Shown here: piece after piece, positions 9,901 through 18,405 of the stretch
Layout of the letters: each line of letters starts with the position of its first letter
Numbering within the stretch: the stretch's first letter is position 1
Source: Candidatus Krumholzibacteriia bacterium
Lineage (GTDB): Bacteria; Krumholzibacteriota; Krumholzibacteriia; LZORAL124-64-63
Assembly: GCA_046484865.1 (NCBI GenBank)
Contig: JAWOID010000061.1
Location: 33,491 to 97,490 of the forward strand
Length of the DNA: 64,000 bases
Direction of reading: 5' to 3'
Notes under the pieces: generated by a model
Told to the model about the DNA's origin: nothing
Seen by the model: only the letters and a program-made list of their open reading frames with translations
Databases searched by the model: none
Made by a program: the position numbers and the translations under genes

Positions 9901-11116
9901 CGTGGTGGCGGTGGATGAGGCCGGCAACGCGAGCGAGGCTTCGGCAGTGGCGTGGCCGGAACTGCAGCGCCACTATCTCGACCACGACGCAGGGGCGGTG
10001 CGCGTCACCTTCACGGACCAGGGCAGTTTCGGCTGGATGGAGCCGAACGGTCGGGGCAGCGGCTTCCAGTATCCGCAGGCTTCGCCGAGTCTCCTGTACG
10101 CTGGCGGTCTCTGGGTGGGGGCCGGCGCGGACTACGTGGCGAGCCGCGACTATCTGGACGACGCGGCCGACTGGGAGTCGTCGGTGGATCCCGCCGGCGC
10201 CATCCGGCCGAGCCCGCCAGAGTGGCTGCCGCCGGTGGAGCCGCAGGGCCTGGTGGCCTGGTACCGCGACACCGGCGCCGACGCCCCGGGCACCTGGCTG
10301 GTGCGCCAGGCGAGCTTCGCCTGGAGCGATCCGGCCGGCGACGACTTCGTCCTCGTCAACACGAAGCTGATCAACACCTCCGACGCGGCGGTCACGGGGG
10401 CTCATGCGGCGGTCTTCGCCGACTGGGACGTCGTCGATGCGTTCGCCGACGAGGGAGGCGCCGACGAATACCGCGATCTCATCTACTGCTGGCACGGCAG
10501 CGGCCCCTACGTGGGCATTCGCGTGCTGCATCCGGCGCCGGCCGCCAACCTCTCCCACATCCACAACCCGACCTGGGTCTGGCCGAACTCGTTCCTGAGC
10601 GATGGCGAGAAGTGGAACTTCATGGTCGGCAGCGATCCCGCGCACCGCATGCGCACCACCCACGAGGCCACCGACTGGAGCATGGTGGCGGCGGCGGGGC
10701 CGTTCTCGGTCGCACCGGACGACACGATGGACGTCTGGTTCGCCCTGGTCGCCGGCCCCGATCTGCCCTCGCTGCTGGCGCATGCCGACGAGGCGTTCGC
10801 GAGGTTCGTGGCGCACGCTACGTTCGTGGAGGACCGTGTCGCGCCCCTGCCTCGGTCTCTCGTGGTGAACGCCAACGTGCCCAACCCCTTCAACCCGGTG
10901 ACGGAGATCCGCTACGTGCTGCCGCAACGCTGCAATGTAGAGGTGGCGGTCTTCGATCTGCTCGGGCGCCGGGTCGACACGGTGTTCGAGGGCATGCAGA
11001 CCGCCGGCCCGCACGCGGTCTCGTGGTGCCCGGAGCGGCTGCCGAGCGGCACCTACCTGGCCCGTGTCCGCGCCGCCGGCGATACGGGCGTGCGCAAGAT
11101 GGTGCTGATCAGATGA
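6944..11116 (+). CDS. Secreted M6-family (immune inhibitor A-like) zinc metalloprotease with accessory domains and FlgD-Ig/T9SS-like CTD
   Basis: RBS GGGAGG before ATG 6944; hydrophobic signal segment; PVLLIDFPD, DFSQYDNDGPD, IWSH; zinc motif HEFGHALGLPDL with Met-turn YDLMCLG; C-terminal NVPNPFNPVTEIRY...LPSGTYLARV. Confidence 0.9.
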   Translation: MHSSPAVSDPVASPVTGCSRPTRTCPVPSVLVVLAAAVMLGGLSASALAMPPRPVPHDEHGMPVAAGQAADKSLEALAGPGVDAPYHGNSPPRTGTANLPVLLIDFPDRAGVIAPARFDTMLFHLNQAWPTGSMSEYFRENGTLSIWGQTHGWFRMPAASTVYVNGFGGMLDTYPRNSQGAVFQAAQLADPAIDFSQYDNDGPDNVPNSGDDDGFVDCVIAVFAGYAAESYVPASAGNRIWSHCWYLDAGRGPGPYVTNDMGANGQFIKIDLYTIQSELRNTSGTIIRDIGVFCHEFGHALGLPDLWSTCPAVFQSTHGVWNGVGEYDLMCLGGWGAGGAAPDQPHHLSAFGKALLGWANTIYVSVDLPGCTIPAVQSSRTVYSSFPFLTGPPVDTAPIQLPPQMDLLPPPFEGWILENRQSDLPGQLFDRNLPGSGLLLYHYDGAVGLRDYDADGLANWYDNDVQWSERWPLLAVECPDQTGPDHSFDNDDLALQNNNGDQFDFFYQGNPFGDVFDWNTSPSNLNHSGAATFFALRNVGPSGTTMTADIIVGTPGGPNHDIWVKDCDRDDGSEPSTANCDCPGYHRQYSSPDVWFDNDGDGRLDAPVGGCPNRMFLKVRNAGPQPIDYATVQVFEMSGYLSLPQPVAPPVHPFSGMARLCSTTVASIGAADSATVQVWVNMPVIPPGSWPPHLGILVQTAVDTLTGFCTSPDDNNLAESSSSCLYWSAGQPAPKSAAATAASGGDLPSVKRAAAGTAAATWSGAAPPSVAQAAVARLEMTEPIQVVVPVNNPFEAPLEVTIAAEAELPLGCAVEFFLPEIDPAAVVLPYTFVLDPMQVTPLEVVVLPGEGVVHGVTGWLAILEYEAALHPLPEGLLGSMHFELGADLFPPLPVGDLAAELVSDEPCLPDGGAVRLVFQPPLFDVAGFEEDLSFFVIYRDTVPDVEIDIAKLIGKCAADADEETAAWEWVDPEWALDATGPTPYYRVVAVDEAGNASEASAVAWPELQRHYLDHDAGAVRVTFTDQGSFGWMEPNGRGSGFQYPQASPSLLYAGGLWVGAGADYVASRDYLDDAADWESSVDPAGAIRPSPPEWLPPVEPQGLVAWYRDTGADAPGTWLVRQASFAWSDPAGDDFVLVNTKLINTSDAAVTGAHAAVFADWDVVDAFADEGGADEYRDLIYCWHGSGPYVGIRVLHPAPAANLSHIHNPTWVWPNSFLSDGEKWNFMVGSDPAHRMRTTHEATDWSMVAAAGPFSVAPDDTMDVWFALVAGPDLPSLLAHADEAFARFVAHATFVEDRVAPLPRSLVVNANVPNPFNPVTEIRYVLPQRCNVEVAVFDLLGRRVDTVFEGMQTAGPHAVSWCPERLPSGTYLARVRAAGDTGVRKMVLIR

Positions 11117-11309
11117 GGGGAGCAACTGCTCCTTGCCGCCTGCGCCCGGGTGGGGTGGCGCCCATCGCCCATGGGACACCCGGGTGCAGGCGGAGGTCGA
11201 TAGGTTGCGCGTATCCGAGGACACCGCTCAGCGGCGGCGGGGCCCGAGAGATCCTCGTTCCCCGCGAGCACCTCCTATGAGCCGGAAAGATGAATTTTTG
11301 AACTCGGGG

Positions 11310-11338
11310 TTGATAGCTCACCTGAACCATGGTACGGT
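11310..11338 (+). promoter_or_regulatory. Putative sigma70 promoter (extended -10)
   Basis: TTGATA (11310-11315), 17-nt spacer, TACGGT (11333-11338) preceded by TGn, upstream of the 11460 gene. Confidence 0.45.
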
Positions 11339-11459
11339 GTCGCAAGTCCGTTGTCGGTGGGCGCGGCTCCTCTGGCCTCGCGCTATTCTCGCCCCCCCCC
11401 CCCGCGAGTCGCCGTTCCGCCTGGCAGGTTCATCGATACCCGTTCGAGGAGGCCACCCC

Positions 11460-11966
11460 ATGCGCCGATTGCTGCTGCCTCTCTGCACCGCGCTGCTCCT
11501 GGTCGCTGCCGCGACCGCCGCTCAGGCCCAGATCGACGTCGAGATCGCCTTCGATCCGGCCGTCGTCGACGCCGGCGGAGACGTCACGCTCTTCACCAGT
11601 ATCGAGAACCTCGGCAACGAGGCCGTCGATGCGACCCTCGAGGTGACCTTCGCGGTCGACAGCTACGTCTTCGGCCCGTTCACGGCCGTCGTTCCGCTGG
11701 CGGCCGGCGAATTGCTGAGCCACGAGTTCACGTTCACCGCCCCGCTCCTTCCTGTCGACGTGATGCTGACGATCGACGTCGTGGCCACGGCGGGCGAGTT
11801 CACCGACGCCGACACCGCCACCCTGACGATCACCGGTACGCAGGGCGGAACCGCGTCCAGCGACGCGTTCGAGGGCATCCTGCAGGCCTACACGGTCGAT
11901 CTCTCCGGCTCCACCGTGGGCGCGAACGCGGCCTCGCTGAGCGACGTCAAGAAGATCTACCGGTAG
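11460..11966 (+). CDS. Small secreted Ig-like protein with short C-terminal tail ASLSDVKKIYR
   Basis: RBS GAGGAG; signal peptide MRRLLLPLCTALLLVAAATAAQA; beta-strand-rich acidic mature region; host-like codon usage. Confidence 0.8.
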   Translation: MRRLLLPLCTALLLVAAATAAQAQIDVEIAFDPAVVDAGGDVTLFTSIENLGNEAVDATLEVTFAVDSYVFGPFTAVVPLAAGELLSHEFTFTAPLLPVDVMLTIDVVATAGEFTDADTATLTITGTQGGTASSDAFEGILQAYTVDLSGSTVGANAASLSDVKKIYR

Positions 11967-11977
11967 TTCCCACCTCA

Positions 11978-12007
11978 CCGGCGGCCACCCCCCGGGGTGG
12001 CCGCCGG
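11978..12007 (+). terminator. Perfect 14-bp inverted repeat (terminator or mRNA stabiliser)
   Basis: ccggcggccacccc-cc-ggggtggccgccgg just after the 11966 stop codon. No U-tract follows. Confidence 0.55.
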
Positions 12008-12028
12008 GTGACCCATCCGGGCGACATC

Positions 12029-13735
12029 ATGCGCATGACACCGTTCAGCCGTTACCATCCACCGTCCCGGTGCCGCCGCCGCGCCAGGATCGCGGCCGCC
12101 GTCCAGAGGCCGGCGACGTTGACCGCCGTCCTGCTCGCGCTCGCGGCCGGGTCGCCGGACCTGGCGAGCGCTGCCGATTTCACGCTCCAGCGAACCTATC
12201 TGGGTGAGGCGCCTCTCGATCAGTTCGGCATCGCCGTGGCCGGCGCGGGCGATGTCGACGGTGACGGGCGGGCCGACTTCCTGGTGGGCGCGAACGTGAA
12301 CGACGAGTTGATCCTCAGCGGCGGCAAGGCCTACCTGTTCCTGGGCGGTCCGGAGTACCCCACCGCCGCCGCCCTGACGTTCGCGGGCGACGTCGAGCGG
12401 GGGTACTTCGGCCAGATCCTGACGGGCGGCGGCGACCTGAACGGCGACGGTCTCGACGACTGGGCCGTGGGAGAACCCGGTCCCGGGCCCGACGGCACGC
12501 ATCCGGGGAGAGTCCGCGTGTTCCTGGGCGGGGATCCGCCCTCCGACGTCCCTGTGCTCACGCTCACCGGCGAAGTCCCCGGCGGGCAATTCGGGGCCGC
12601 TCTGGCGCTGGTGCCCGATCTCGACGGGGACGGTCATGCGGACCTGGTGGTCGGCTGCCCCCGGGCCGGCGACGGCCGGGTGTTCATCTACCGAGGCGGA
12701 CCCTTGCCGCTGGATCCGACTCCCGCCCGGGTGTTGAATGCGCGTCCGGGCGATCAGCGCTTCGGAGCCAGGCTGGCCTGGCTGCCGGATCGCGACGGCG
12801 ATGGCAAGGACGACCTGCTGGTGGGGGTCCCGCGCAACTCGGATGGTGGCGCCTGGTCCGGCGCCGTCCTGCTCTACGCCGGTACCGCGGACCTGGACAC
12901 CGTTCCCGACCTGGTGCTGCAGGGCGAGGCGGCCGGCGACGAGTTCGGCGGCGCGCTCGCGGCCGGGCATGACGTGGACGGAGACGGGCAGCCCGACCTC
13001 CTGGTGGGCGCCCCGTTCGCCAACGCCGGCGTCGTGGTGGATGCCGGCAAGACCTACCTGTATCGCGGCGGCACCGCCCTCGACGACGTGGCTGACCTGG
13101 TCCTGACCGGCGCCCAGAACGAGGAACGCTTCGGCACCGCCGTGGCGCTGGGGTTCGACTGGAACGGCGACGCGATCGGCGACATCGCCGTGGGCGCGCC
13201 CGGTTTCGATGACGAGATGGTCCTCGACTCGGGACGGGTGGCCGTGTTCGGGGGCGGCACGCTCGATACCGTGCCGATCGCCGTCGTCCCGGGCCCGCGG
13301 GAAAGCGCCCACCTGGGCACGTCCCTCGCCGCAGCCGGAGACGTGGTCGCCGGCAGCCGTGGCGTACTGCTCGCCGGCGGTTACAACGGCACCGACACCG
13401 GGCGTGTCCTACTCTTCGGTGCAGCGCCGGACCTCACGCCCGCGCCCCCGCGGCCAGCCACCGCGCGGCTGTCGGCGCCCTGGCCCAACCCTGCCAACCC
13501 CCGGGTGTCCGCAAGCCTGCACCTCCAGCGCGCCGGCCGGTGGCAGGTGGCGGTGCACGACCTGCGCGGCCGGCGCGTGGCGACCCTCCTGAACGGCCAC
13601 CTACCGTCCGGCGAGCACCGGATCGTCTGGGACGGCGCCTCGGATCGCGGTGCGCCGCAACCCTCCGGCATCTACCTCCTGCGCGCCGAAGGTGGCGGAA
13701 CTCCGCTGTCCGCCAGGGTGACCCTCGTGCGCTGA
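12029..13735 (+). CDS. Secreted FG-GAP (integrin-alpha-like) repeat beta-propeller protein with FlgD-Ig-like CTD
   Basis: About seven repeats of the type FGxAVAxAGDxDGDGxxDLLVGAP; C-terminal PWPNPANP...WDGASDRG..PSGIYLLR. Start codon uncertain (12029 or 12035). Confidence 0.88.
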   Translation: MRMTPFSRYHPPSRCRRRARIAAAVQRPATLTAVLLALAAGSPDLASAADFTLQRTYLGEAPLDQFGIAVAGAGDVDGDGRADFLVGANVNDELILSGGKAYLFLGGPEYPTAAALTFAGDVERGYFGQILTGGGDLNGDGLDDWAVGEPGPGPDGTHPGRVRVFLGGDPPSDVPVLTLTGEVPGGQFGAALALVPDLDGDGHADLVVGCPRAGDGRVFIYRGGPLPLDPTPARVLNARPGDQRFGARLAWLPDRDGDGKDDLLVGVPRNSDGGAWSGAVLLYAGTADLDTVPDLVLQGEAAGDEFGGALAAGHDVDGDGQPDLLVGAPFANAGVVVDAGKTYLYRGGTALDDVADLVLTGAQNEERFGTAVALGFDWNGDAIGDIAVGAPGFDDEMVLDSGRVAVFGGGTLDTVPIAVVPGPRESAHLGTSLAAAGDVVAGSRGVLLAGGYNGTDTGRVLLFGAAPDLTPAPPRPATARLSAPWPNPANPRVSASLHLQRAGRWQVAVHDLRGRRVATLLNGHLPSGEHRIVWDGASDRGAPQPSGIYLLRAEGGGTPLSARVTLVR

Positions 13736-13799
13736 CGGGTTTCGACGACCACGTCTCGACATCGTTCAGCATCCACCCGCCGACTTGCCGCCGGACGGC

Positions 13800-13832
13800 G
13801 ACGGCCGCCCCGCTTTCGGCAGGACGGCCGCC
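13800..13832 (-). terminator. GC-rich hairpin between convergent genes
   Basis: The minus strand reads GGCGGCCGTCCTGC-CGAAA-GCGGGGCGGCCGTC, a 14-pair stem including G-U pairs, just downstream of the multicopper oxidase stop. Confidence 0.5.
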
Positions 13833-13858
13833 GCATTTCCTGGTGACCGCGGGTGCCG

Positions 13859-16081
13859 CTACTGCACCATGATCATCTTGCGCTTCTCCAGGATGTCGCC
13901 CGCACGGAGCTGATAGAAGTAGACCCCGCTGGGCAGCCGGCGTCCGGCGTCGTCCAGCCCCTGCCACGACAGGGTATGCTCGCCGGCGGCGAAGTCGCCG
14001 TCGGCCAGCGTGTGCACGGTCCTTCCCCGCACATCGAAGATCCGCAGGTCCACCGCGCGGGCCGTGGGCAGACGGAAGCTGATGTTCGTGGAGGGATTGA
14101 ACGGATTGGGCGTGTTCTGCGCCAGGAGCGGCACCGGATCCGGCGAGGCGTCGTTTCGGGCCATGAGGTCGACCGCCGGCATCGGGCCCACGTAGAAGGG
14201 CCGCATCATCTCGTGGTCCTCGTGGGAGAGGATGTGGCAGTGCCAGACGTACCGGCCGGGCCGGTCGAACCTGGCGACGATGCGGGTCACCTCGCCCGGC
14301 AGCATGACGGCGGTGTCCTTCCAGCCGGCCTCGTTATCGGCCGGAGGTCGCGCATCGCCGCCCAGCGCGGTGACCTGCAGGACGCCGCCCACGCCGAACG
14401 TACCGTCGTGCTGCGGCTGCGGCTTCTCCTCGACGAAGCCCTCGAACGATTCGCGGTCGATGATCTGGAACGACACCAGGTGAACGTGGATCGGGTGGGC
14501 GTCCTCGGTGGCGTTGTAGACCTCCCACACCTCGACGTCGTTCAGCATGGGGTTCTCGGTGATCGGGGCGAACCAGGCGAGCGATCCTTCCTCCAGGGTG
14601 CCGAGCAGCGGCTGCAGGCGCCCGTACTGATCGAGGCCCTCGAAGAGGGCGAGCTGGCGGATGGCACCGTCCCGCTGGAGAGGCGCGATCGGCGGTCGCA
14701 GCATCGTACCCGTGTCGACCGTGGCGTCGGGAACGTCGGGATCGAGGGGCAGCGTGACCGCGAACTTCATGAGCTGTCCGGTGGTCTGGGGGTCGGCCGG
14801 CGGCAGCGTGCCGCCCTCGCCGTCGCTGAGGCTCCCGTCGGGGTTGAAGCCCTTCAGCGGGTCGTCGGGACCGAAGTTGCGCAGGTACAGCTCGGTGCCG
14901 GGCGAGAAGGACGCGAAGTCGATCACCAGGTCCATGCGCTCGCCCGGGGCGATCAGCAGCCGATCCAGCGCCACCGGCGTCGGCAGCAGCCCGGTGTCGG
15001 TGCCGATCTGCAGGAACTCCTGGGCCGCGCCGTCGAAGCGGTCGTCACGCAACTCGATCACGTAGAACCGCGAGTCGGAGCCGTTCAGGAGCCGGAAGCG
15101 ATACTTGCGCGGCTCCACCTCGAGCACCGGCCAGGCCGTGGCATTCACGAGGATGAAGTCGCCGAAGAACTCCGCGATCGCGCTCGGAACCGGCGGCAGC
15201 GGATCGAATCCCGGCTCGATCTCCGGATCGGTCGACGGATAGAACAGCTCACCGTCGCTGGTGAACATGCGGTCCTGCACCACGACCTCGATCTCGTAGG
15301 GACCGCCCGGCAGGACGTGACTGCCGGTCAGCTGCAGCTCGTTCTCGTCGCGCAGCAGGTAGAAGCCGGCCAGCCCGGCGTACACGTTCAGGCGCGTGAT
15401 GCCCAGCGCATGATCGTGATACCAGAGCGTGGCCGCCTCCTGGCTGTTGTCGTAGCGGTAGGTGCGCTTGACGAACTCGGGGCCGGTCTCGCGCCAGCCC
15501 TGGGTGAACCAGGCCTCCGGCAGCCCGTCGCTGGCAGATTCGCTGTGACCACCGTGCAGGTGGGTCACGGTGGGAATGCCGCCCTTGACGGGATGCGCGA
15601 GGTGGAGGGTGGGATCGACCGGAAGCAGGTGTCCGCCCAGGCCGGGGAAGTCCCGGTTGTAGTGGGGCAACTGATTGTGCCAGCGGACCTCCACGGGCGT
15701 GTCGCGCATGGCGACGAAGGTGGGGCCCGGATACGTGACGCTGGGCGGGCTCGGCCGCTCGCCGGGTCTCCCCCGGTCGCCGGCCTGCGGGGGCGGCCCC
15801 GAGGCATGCGGCACCATGTAGCCCCACACCGTGGTCAGGAGCGGGTCGCCCTCCGAAGACACCAGCCCCAGCCACTGCTCCGTCTCGCGCATGAAGCCGT
15901 TGTAGCGCCCGCCGCCGGTGGCATCGATGCGGGCAGGCACCGGTAGCGGGTTGTCGAACTTGGGATGGTCGGCAGGGTCCAGGAGAGCCTGGGCCGGGGC
16001 GGGAGGGGCGACGAGCATGCTCAGGGCGAGCACGATGGCGCCGGTCGCCAGGCCCCATCGGTGGAAAGTCGCAACCTTCAT
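13859..16081 (-). CDS. Multicopper oxidase (CotA/bilirubin oxidase-like) with FlgD-Ig/T9SS-like CTD
   Basis: All four copper motifs are present: THLHGG, LWYHDHALG, HPIHVHL and WHCHILSHEDHEMMRP. Sec-type signal, RBS AAGGAG, C-terminal QNTPNPFNPSTNISF...LPSGVYFYQL. Confidence 0.93.
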   Translation of the reverse strand: MKVATFHRWGLATGAIVLALSMLVAPPAPAQALLDPADHPKFDNPLPVPARIDATGGGRYNGFMRETEQWLGLVSSEGDPLLTTVWGYMVPHASGPPPQAGDRGRPGERPSPPSVTYPGPTFVAMRDTPVEVRWHNQLPHYNRDFPGLGGHLLPVDPTLHLAHPVKGGIPTVTHLHGGHSESASDGLPEAWFTQGWRETGPEFVKRTYRYDNSQEAATLWYHDHALGITRLNVYAGLAGFYLLRDENELQLTGSHVLPGGPYEIEVVVQDRMFTSDGELFYPSTDPEIEPGFDPLPPVPSAIAEFFGDFILVNATAWPVLEVEPRKYRFRLLNGSDSRFYVIELRDDRFDGAAQEFLQIGTDTGLLPTPVALDRLLIAPGERMDLVIDFASFSPGTELYLRNFGPDDPLKGFNPDGSLSDGEGGTLPPADPQTTGQLMKFAVTLPLDPDVPDATVDTGTMLRPPIAPLQRDGAIRQLALFEGLDQYGRLQPLLGTLEEGSLAWFAPITENPMLNDVEVWEVYNATEDAHPIHVHLVSFQIIDRESFEGFVEEKPQPQHDGTFGVGGVLQVTALGGDARPPADNEAGWKDTAVMLPGEVTRIVARFDRPGRYVWHCHILSHEDHEMMRPFYVGPMPAVDLMARNDASPDPVPLLAQNTPNPFNPSTNISFRLPTARAVDLRIFDVRGRTVHTLADGDFAAGEHTLSWQGLDDAGRRLPSGVYFYQLRAGDILEKRKMIMVQ

Positions 16082-16170
16082 GGATCGTCTCCTTCGTGAT
16101 GGCTGGTCATGATGGCCGCCGGAATCCCGCCGGGCGTCCCCCGTACTCGAACGTCGAGCCCCCGACAGGC

Positions 16171-16186
16171 GGTGAATGCGTTCACC
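16171..16186. promoter_or_regulatory. Palindromic operator-like site GGTGAA-N4-TTCACC upstream of the oxidase
   Basis: GGTGAATGCGTTCACC, about 90 bp upstream of the oxidase start. Spacing resembles a Rex box core. Confidence 0.3.
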
Positions 16187-16258
16187 AGGACGGCTTATGT
16201 CCAGTTTAGAAGGGGCTTCGATTCCCCGCCACGGGCCGGGGCGGGCGGAGCGACGAGG

Positions 16259-17029
16259 TCAGCCGGCGACCCGGAGCGGCCGGCCGGCCGCGTGCCGGCT
16301 CGCCACGTGCAGTGTCCTGGCGGGGCCGAGTCGGTGCCGGCACGCTGCGAGGGCGAGATCGGGGCGGTTGTTCTGCGCCGAGAGATGGGCCAGGCAGGCC
16401 CACTGCAGACGGCCGTCGCAGCCGGCGAGCAGATCGGCCGCGTCGACGTTCGAGAGATGCCCGGCCGGGCCGGCGATCCGCTGCTTGAGGAACGCCGGAT
16501 AGGGTCCGGTTCGCAGCAGTTCCGGATCGTGGTTGCTCTCCAGCACCACGGCATCGAGCGAGGCCACCAGCGGTTCCAGTCCGGCGAACGCATGGCCGAG
16601 ATCGGTCAGCACGCCCACCCGTGCCCCGGCGGTCTCCACCACCAGCGCCACGCCGTCGGCCGCGTCGTGCGGCGTGGGGTAGGTGTGCACCCGGAGGGAG
16701 CCGAAATCCAGCGTTTCGCCCGCGCGAAACCGCTCCACCCGCTCCAGCCTCCCCAGCGACCGGGCGCAGGCCTGCAGCGTTCGCTCCGTGACATGCAACG
16801 GCAGTCCGAACTTGCGCTGGAACACGCCGGCGCACCGCACGTGATCGCCGTGGTCGTGCGTGAGCACGACCGCGTCGACGCGGCGAATGTCCACGCCGCA
16901 GGCGGCGAGCCGCTGCTCGGCCTGGCGGCCGCTGATGCCCGCGTCGAACAGCAGTCGCACGCCCGCGCTCTCGACGTAGACGCAGTTGCCGCAGCTGCCG
17001 CTCTGCAGGGGGATGACGGTGATGCTCAT
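16259..17029 (-). CDS. MBL-fold metallo-hydrolase (YycJ/WalJ-like)
   Basis: MSITVIPLQSGSCGNC, LLFDAG, THDHGDH, TPHDA, LTDLG, LESNHD, GHLSN and HLSAQNN. Start set at 17029. Confidence 0.9.
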   Translation of the reverse strand: MSITVIPLQSGSCGNCVYVESAGVRLLFDAGISGRQAEQRLAACGVDIRRVDAVVLTHDHGDHVRCAGVFQRKFGLPLHVTERTLQACARSLGRLERVERFRAGETLDFGSLRVHTYPTPHDAADGVALVVETAGARVGVLTDLGHAFAGLEPLVASLDAVVLESNHDPELLRTGPYPAFLKQRIAGPAGHLSNVDAADLLAGCDGRLQWACLAHLSAQNNRPDLALAACRHRLGPARTLHVASRHAAGRPLRVAG

Positions 17030-17118
17030 GAGGCGACCAGAGTAGCCGCGGGAAGGCCGGCGGGCAAGACCGGCGACGATCTGGGCTTCGCCGCCGCGAG
17101 CTGCCGCCGCGGACCCGC

Positions 17119-18372
17119 TCAGCCTCGCCGCTCGAATCGCGCGAAGAAGTCGAAGAAGTCGGGCGGGCGGTGGGTGCACGCCAGCATCATCGGCTCGTGG
17201 TCGTACACGCTCGCGACGACCTCGCCGACGTGATCGAGGTGGTCTCTGGTGTACGTTCGCCGGGGCAGCGCCAGCCGCATCTTGCCGTCGAAGACCCCGG
17301 CTCGCACGCCGCCGACCAGGAAGATGGACGCGGCCAGCGAGAATGCGGCGAATTCACCTTCGTCACGGGGTAGCACCACCACTCCGTGCGCACCCACCGG
17401 CTCGAACACCCGCACGCCCCGGCGCTGCAGCCCCGCCGCCAGATAGCGCACGCCGTCCACGTGGGCCGTCACCACGCGCTCGTCGACCGCCTCCTCGAGG
17501 CCCACCGTCATGGCCGCCAGATCGCGCGCAGCGAGCCCGCCGGCCGTGGGGTACGATTCCTGCCGGATGACCTCGTGCTGCAGGCGCTCGAACAGGGCGG
17601 CATCGTGCAGCCCGATCATGCCGCCCACGTTCGCGAGACCGTCCTTCTTGCAGCTCAGGTACGCCGCATGGCTCAGCCCGAACGTCTCGCGGCAGATGCG
17701 CCGGAGCGACTGCCGCGAGCGCGTGAGGCGCTTCCGCAGCAGGGCATTGCCGGCGAACCGGCCGGCGTCGAGCACGAGCGGCACGCCGAGGCGGTCGGCC
17801 ACGCGGCGGGCGCCGGCGATATTCTCCAGCGAGACCGGCTGCCCGCCCATGATGTTGTTCGTGACGGTGATCAGGATCATGCCGATCGGAGCGCCGGAGC
17901 CCGCCAGGGCCTCGAGCCTCGCGAGATCGATGTTCCCGCACCACGGCGACGTGAGGTCGGACAGGTCGAGCGCCTCGCAGCCGTGCGCCTCGAGGTTGGC
18001 TCGCGTCGTCTCGAAGAACGTGTTGGATACGGCGATCCGGCCAGGCTCGATCAGCAGGCGGAAGAGCAGGCTCTCGGCGGCACGCCCCTGGTGGACGGGC
18101 TGGACGTGGGGAAAGCCGAACGTGTCGGTCGCGGTCTTGACGAACCGGGTATACGACTCCTGGCCCGAGAAGTCCTCGCGCGCGCCGATCACCTCCTGCC
18201 ACTGGCGCGAACTCATCGCGCCGGTGCCCGAGTCGGAGACGAGGTCCACGGTCACGCCGCGGGCATCGATCTGGAACGGGTTGTAACCGGCCTCGGCGAG
18301 CAGACGTTCGCGCTGCGCCCGCGAGACGGCCGGCAGCAGTTCGACGACCTTGATCCGGTAGGGCTCGTGCAT
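17119..18372 (-). CDS. Tryptophanase/tyrosine phenol-lyase family PLP-dependent beta-eliminating lyase (divergent)
   Basis: EPYRIKVVE, DLVSDSGTGAMS, HQGRAAE, GGQPVS, PLP lysine motif SCKKDGLANVGG and RLALPRRTYT. Several catalytic positions are altered (see findings), so no gene symbol is given. Confidence 0.88.
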   Translation of the reverse strand: MHEPYRIKVVELLPAVSRAQRERLLAEAGYNPFQIDARGVTVDLVSDSGTGAMSSRQWQEVIGAREDFSGQESYTRFVKTATDTFGFPHVQPVHQGRAAESLLFRLLIEPGRIAVSNTFFETTRANLEAHGCEALDLSDLTSPWCGNIDLARLEALAGSGAPIGMILITVTNNIMGGQPVSLENIAGARRVADRLGVPLVLDAGRFAGNALLRKRLTRSRQSLRRICRETFGLSHAAYLSCKKDGLANVGGMIGLHDAALFERLQHEVIRQESYPTAGGLAARDLAAMTVGLEEAVDERVVTAHVDGVRYLAAGLQRRGVRVFEPVGAHGVVVLPRDEGEFAAFSLAASIFLVGGVRAGVFDGKMRLALPRRTYTRDHLDHVGEVVASVYDHEPMMLACTHRPPDFFDFFARFERRG

Positions 18373-18405
18373 CGCGCGTCCCTCTCGTGGCGCACCGTCC
18401 CGTCA

